A DNA stretch of 63,440 nt, filler included, from Licmophora abbreviata (taxonomy: Eukaryota), in the NCBI GenBank assembly GCA_900291995.1. It is 8 parts of 8 records of this genome, joined end to end, with 100 filler letters (N's around TTAATTAATTAA, not from the genome) between each part and the next. Parts side by side here need not be neighbours in the genome. Positions count along the whole stretch, not along the records: positions 55,955 to 63,440 come from OLMU01003674.1; 7 more parts are not named here. One strand, written 5' to 3'. The first letter of the stretch is position 1, and each line of letters opens with the position of its first letter. The translations under genes were made by a program, and so were the position numbers. Below the pieces are notes generated by a model. It was not told where the DNA came from, ran no database searches, and worked only from the letters and a program-made list of their open reading frames with translations. Of the stretch, positions 58,474 through 63,440 are shown in pieces.

Positions 58474-59737
58474 ATGACAGGCATGTCGGATCACTCTACA
58501 GTCCACCGGGCCAACGGAAAGACCCGCAGCACCGCACACAAGACGAAACAAAAGGAGAGCTTCCTCCGAAAGTGGGGGTTGCCCTCCTTGGTTCTATGTT
58601 TGGGAACGTACGCCGTCGTCACTGGCGGTTCACGAAGATCTTCTTCCTCGTCGACCATGTGGATGTCTTCGGAAATCACGACCGAGCCCCGTGGCCTTCG
58701 TCCGTCTCGTCAGTTAGCCTTGCCATACAATCAGTCTGCCACATTGGCACTTCCTGCCTGGACCACTAATGTGGCGAATGTGTGGGACACGCTTGACGCG
58801 AATCATCAGCCATTTTTTTGGTATATCCCCAAGGTACGATACCGTAGTATGAAACTACAATGCTATGATAGTTTCTTGGAAAATAGCCCGAAACTCACCC
58901 ACGCATTGCTTTCTTCATACCAACTCATAGGGAGGAGGAACTACAATGGCCAAGTTGTTCGCCTACTGCCTCGGCCTAGCTCAGTGTTCCAACAGGGGTC
59001 AAGAGACTGACAACACCACTCTTGGTGTCTGGGAGTCAGGGTCTGCCTACCAGTTTCCTCATGTCCCAAAATACGTGAACGTACAAACGCAGTCAGAAGG
59101 CTGGCTGAACGTGGTTGCTTCCAGGGGAGTCATCGCATCAGGCTTGGCCGATGTGCTGGTGACGCAACACTTGGCTTACGCCGGCACTACCGTCTTCACG
59201 TCGAGTACCTACAAGGGGCGAGTCTTTGCCATGTTCCGTCATCCAGCCAAGAGACTTGTCGACCAGTTCTACTACCGACAGCACGCGGTCTGGGAAGGTA
59301 CATTTGATCCCGTCTTGGCTGCCATGACTCTCGATGAGTTCTCTCAGTCCGACAAGTTTGTCGAGAACTTTGAAGTCAAAAGCCTGCTCGGCTTGACGGG
59401 CGACGTTGCGCTCGAAGCCGGAGACTTGGAAGTCGCCAAAGAGATCTTGAGACGAAAGGTTGTCGTGGGAATTTTTGAATGGTTCGACGTGAGTGTCGTG
59501 CGATTCGAAAAGTACTTTGGGTGGTGGACGAGCGCTGGTGTCATGCAGAACTACACCGTCAACAACTGCCATTACGACATGATCCAAACTGGCGACCACC
59601 AGGGCAACCATCCACCCGTGCCGCATAGTGAAAGCACCTACAAGCGCTTGGAAATCCGAAATTGGGCTGACGTAGAGCTTTATCACTTCGCAAAGAACCT
59701 CTTTGCGGACCAGATCAAGTTGTTAGACATGGTCTAA
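58474..59737 (+). CDS. Type II membrane sulfotransferase-like protein; intron 58834-58930
   Basis: TM near N-terminus; spliced PFFWYIPK|GGGTT (5'-PSB-like), FAMFRHP..R (3'-PB-like), VVGI.E.F..S..RFEKYFGW, N.ADVELY. Confidence 0.8.
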
Positions 59738-59982
59738 CTTTTCATTGTGCTCTCAACACCCTCCGAGTATAATGGGTCGCCATGTGGGATAGGCAGACAT
59801 CGTTAATGACACTTGTAGATATACATATTTCTTCTTTTAGGAAACCTCGAAACTTGCTCTGTTAATATATCGTTGTAATCTATGATAAGTAGCATACCAG
59901 TTTCCCCCACTCTCTGCTCAATTGGACATTGTGGCTGTCCTCTTGAGACGGCAAAACATATAATCTCTCGTTACACAAAGAT

Positions 59983-61371
59983 TCACTCCGCCTGTACGAG
60001 TGGAGAGGCCCGGTCTTTCATTTTTCTAGGCTTGGCGACACTCTTTCTGATCCTGCTCCACCGACTTTTCCCTGCTTTCTTTTCTTTCTTTGTGATTCCT
60101 TTCTGGCTTGAGCTGCCGCCCTCGGCCACTTTTTCCATACCCTCTCGAGTATCAGGTGTTGCCACAGGCTTCATAGAAGGTCCATCTCTACGCTCTTTAG
60201 ACCCAGCAACGCCGGAATGGAGCCCACGGACAAGTTCGTCACTAAAAACTGAGCTGACATCTGAAATAGACTGCGAAACACCAGGACGAGCTTGCCTTGA
60301 GGGCTTCTTCCTCTCATGGGCCTTGTCAGCATTCCTATTCAGTAATCCTCCGCATTGCCACAGCTCACCGAAACCTATCAGACATGGGTCAATAGAGTGT
60401 GCGATAAAGGATCGATGGGACTTCATCGAGCGGTGACTTGGACCCGTTGTACCCGTACCCTGCGAAAGCTCGCTAGAGACCGACTCTGTGTATGTCATCA
60501 GATCTGCTTCCTCTTGCTCATCTGCCTCCGAGCTTGACTCTAGATAAAGGTTGCGGCTATTTTCGCTAGGGTCGCTGTCAACTTGAGCGTCCATGTAGTA
60601 GTAGATGGGGTCGTCGGCGGAAAGCGAGGCCATGGGCTCATGATGACTTCGCTTCGAAGGCGACACAACGTGAATCTTGGAAGTCATCCTTTTGAGCTCG
60701 CTTTTTTCAAGAGTCTGTTTCTTCACGACCGGCTTGGCTTCCTGTCGTTCATGTTCCTCATTGGGGGAACTCTGCCTCTCTACGGTGATGTTGACCGGCC
60801 GAGGCGGCTGATGAGAATACTCGCTAATAGCAGACATGGAGCCACTCCCAACGATGGTGGAGAGGCCTTTCTTCAAAGAACGAAAGGGAAGGCGTGATCG
60901 AGTGCGGCGTGGATGCATATGAAGAATCGAATACGAAGACGACATTCCCGTGGCCAATGAGCGATCGTCCACCTGGTCCAGTTCCGTCTGAAGCTGACGT
61001 AGCTTCTGTTGAACTTTTTCTGGATCACCTGCGGCAACTGATCCGGTGGAGCCATTGGGTATACCCTCTCCTCGTTCGAATATGGCATTGGCAAGCGCCA
61101 TAGAGGCAATAATATTGGATTTCCGCTTGATCTTTCGTCGGCGAAGGACTCCTGGGTAAGTGCTGTTCTGAAGGAGAACCGACTGCGCAGCAGCCTTGGC
61201 AGTCTTCAAGGCGGTGTCTTCGTTCCCCCCAGACGACAGGATCGATCGCACGGCAACTGCAGCGGTCGCAGTGGCGTTGGACATGAGCCGTGCATCGTCC
61301 GAGGCATTCTGGTCAGCCACCTGAGTGCTCCTTGTGACCGCCGACACGCTGGTAGAAGCGGAGGCGCTCAT
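59983..61371 (-). CDS. Uncharacterised low-complexity protein (462 aa)
   Basis: Long ORF with ACC-ATG; Ala-rich helical N-terminal block (TALKTAKAAAQSVL), Ser-rich middle, basic end. Confidence 0.6.
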   Translation of the reverse strand: MSASASTSVSAVTRSTQVADQNASDDARLMSNATATAAVAVRSILSSGGNEDTALKTAKAAAQSVLLQNSTYPGVLRRRKIKRKSNIIASMALANAIFERGEGIPNGSTGSVAAGDPEKVQQKLRQLQTELDQVDDRSLATGMSSSYSILHMHPRRTRSRLPFRSLKKGLSTIVGSGSMSAISEYSHQPPRPVNITVERQSSPNEEHERQEAKPVVKKQTLEKSELKRMTSKIHVVSPSKRSHHEPMASLSADDPIYYYMDAQVDSDPSENSRNLYLESSSEADEQEEADLMTYTESVSSELSQGTGTTGPSHRSMKSHRSFIAHSIDPCLIGFGELWQCGGLLNRNADKAHERKKPSRQARPGVSQSISDVSSVFSDELVRGLHSGVAGSKERRDGPSMKPVATPDTREGMEKVAEGGSSSQKGITKKEKKAGKSRWSRIRKSVAKPRKMKDRASPLVQAE

Positions 61372-61998
61372 GGTGAACCTTGCACGACGTGGCGAGGAGC
61401 TCTTTTGAACAAACTCGAAGAAGTGCGCTCACTGCGTGATGGTTTCCTTTATGAGTCTGCAGTGATGGCGATCGTTCTGGCTCTATCTATACTTGCGCCG
61501 TCCTTGCACAGTGGATCGCAAGAGGCCCAACAAACTGTATCGCAGAATGATACTCAAGCGGCGAAAATGTGAGCGATTGTCGAGCCGGCCCCTATGTGGA
61601 TAGCTTGTGGGACTGGTCTGACATACGTGACTCTACATATTTGTATGCCTTTCAGGTATAATTTTCTTAAAGACTATATTCGTGTACTTAAACAAATAAT
61701 GTAATCATTTAGCGAGTATGACGTGGTATGTCTCTATGATTTTAGATGTCTCACTCCCAGTCAAGATTGACTCATTCGACTCAAATGTTATGGTTGCTGG
61801 TACGTCATCCGTCCTCTAAAATCGAATCGAACTTCTCTCAACCCTGATGGAGGAAGACGAACGGCTGATGCATCATCATTTCAGTGTTCTTCTCCGGAGA
61901 TTGTGAACGAGTTGGAGAGAGGACAAGAGGACCGAGCACAAACTATTCGGTCCAGGTTCGCTTCTAATTTGGAAAAGTTCATTTTCCGGCTCGACAGA

Positions 61999-63440
61999 AT
62001 GCGTCGCTTCTCCCCGGTCCTCGGACTGAATTTTGCGGCCCAAGCTCTTCTACTTCTTCTGGTTTGGAAGCTCACGGCACTTCACGACGTACAAGGATTC
62101 GCCTATGCACCCAATTTCATCACGAAAGCCGTTTCTGAACAGACGGGCATTGTTCCTGTTGGTCTAATGGAAATTACAGACAACGACAATGAAAACAATA
62201 AGCAAGAGCTCGAGAAGACTGAGAACGAGCCCATCACTGGCGGCATGACGGAGAAGGTGACGACCAGGTTTCCTCCGGAGCCGAACGGATACCTTCATCT
62301 GGGACACGCCAAGGCCGTGTCATTCAACTTTGCAGTCGCCCGCATGTTTGGAGGAGAGTGTCATATGCGTCTAGATGATACGAATCCTAGCAAGGAAGGC
62401 CAAGAATACGTCGATTCCATTCTGGAAGACGTCCATTGGATCCAATCGGGACTCTATGCGGCCGATTCCACGCCCTGGGAAGGAGCAGTTCGCATGACGT
62501 CGGACTACTTTGACTTGATTTACGACTGTGCTGTGGCTCTCATCAAGCAGGGGGATGCTTATGTCGACTCTCTGTCGGCAGAGGAAATGAAGGAATACCG
62601 AGGAACCCTGACCGAGCCCGGAAAGGATAGTCCATACCGTTTCCGCCGTACCGAGGAAAGCTTGACACTCTTTGAGGAGGTACGTCTATCACACGGAGGA
62701 TTTTTCTCAACGATCCGACGCTACCAAAATGGTTTGTCATTCTCACTGACTGTGTTTATAACTCCACTGTCCTCATATTCTATAGATGAAAGAAGGCAAA
62801 TATGCCGACGGGCAACACATTTTGCGAGCAAAGATTGATATGGCGTCACCCAACATTAACATGCGTGATCCGGCTCTCTTTCGGATCAAACACGAGCCGC
62901 ACCAGGCAACTGGGGATACATGGTGCATATATCCAATGTACGATTTCAGCCATCCGATTGCTGACGCTGTTGAGAAAATCACGCACTCGCTTTGCACGTT
63001 GGAATTTGAGGATCATCGCCCCTTTTATGACTGGACGATTGAGAAGCTGCTTCCGACGGGATTGATAGCCGCACGTCCACAACAGATTGAGTTTAGCCGT
63101 CTCAATGTCAAGTATACGGTACTCTCAAAGCGAAAACTCATCCAGCTAGTGGAACAAAACCATGTCAACGGCTGGGACGATCCGAGGATGCCGACCTTGT
63201 CAGGAATGCGACGCCGTGGTGTGCCTCCTTCTGCGTTGCGATTGTTCTGTGAACGCGTAGGGATCAGCAAGGCCGATTCCAATATTGACTTTCAAGTCCT
63301 GGAGGATTGTGTTCGCGACGAGATGGACGCAGCCTGCCCTCGTGCCTTTTGCATCCTGGATCCCCTCCAGTTGACCATCACCAATTGGGAAGAGACGGAG
63401 CTCGAAGACTTCAAAATCCCACGCCATCCCAAAATTGAAT
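61999..63440 (+). CDS. glnS: Glutaminyl-tRNA synthetase with N-terminal signal-like presequence; intron 62680-62785; runs off the window end
   Basis: [76 protein letters not shown]. Confidence 0.93.

Noticed and set aside
43445..59737. Possible biosynthetic gene cluster (NRPS-like + SDR + GH3 + glycosyltransferase + sulfotransferase)
   Set aside because: AASDH-type enzymes are widespread stand-alone genes with no condensation domain; genes are interspersed with Hsp70-like, kinase and SRP40 and target different compartments; no co-regulation evidence
1..63440. tRNA, rRNA, prophage or prokaryotic defence systems
   Set aside because: None recognisable by eye; the window is eukaryotic with spliceosomal introns. 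Small ncRNAs would need tRNAscan-SE/Infernal to exclude

Overview
Gene-dense eukaryotic nuclear DNA, most likely from a pennate diatom. Support: short GT-AG introns, bipartite signal + ASAFAP-type plastid presequences, TCACAA initiator-like sites, and diatom-typical families. It is a draft scaffold with seven artificial 100-nt spacers (N44-TTAATTAATTAA-N44), two of which join contigs that really overlap, and several apparent 1-2 nt indels. About 27 genes or fragments are supportable. Housekeeping: Tudor-SN, TBCA, SRP19, Nopp140/SRP40, GlnRS, two SDRs, an AASDH-type NRPS-like enzyme and a ~5,000-aa SPRY/UBA/MIB-HERC2/HECT E3 ligase. Plastid-targeted: HHL1-like, DUF3067, a Cys-rich lumenal protein. 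Secretory/surface: GH3, DUF285, a DUF11-like repeat protein, rhamnosyltransferase-like and sulfotransferase-like proteins. No RNA genes, CRISPR arrays or intact mobile elements were seen. Best leads: (i) a 13-mer AGTCGAGTGAGTC repeat element that I saw only in 5' intergenic regions, (ii) a tandem pair of orphan coiled-coil genes with conserved non-coding 3' and 5' blocks, (iii) a secreted protein with three composite DUF11-like modules, (iv) a putative His/Cys metal-sensing regulator. I cannot demonstrate a complete new biological system from sequence alone; family assignments are from motif recognition, not database searches.
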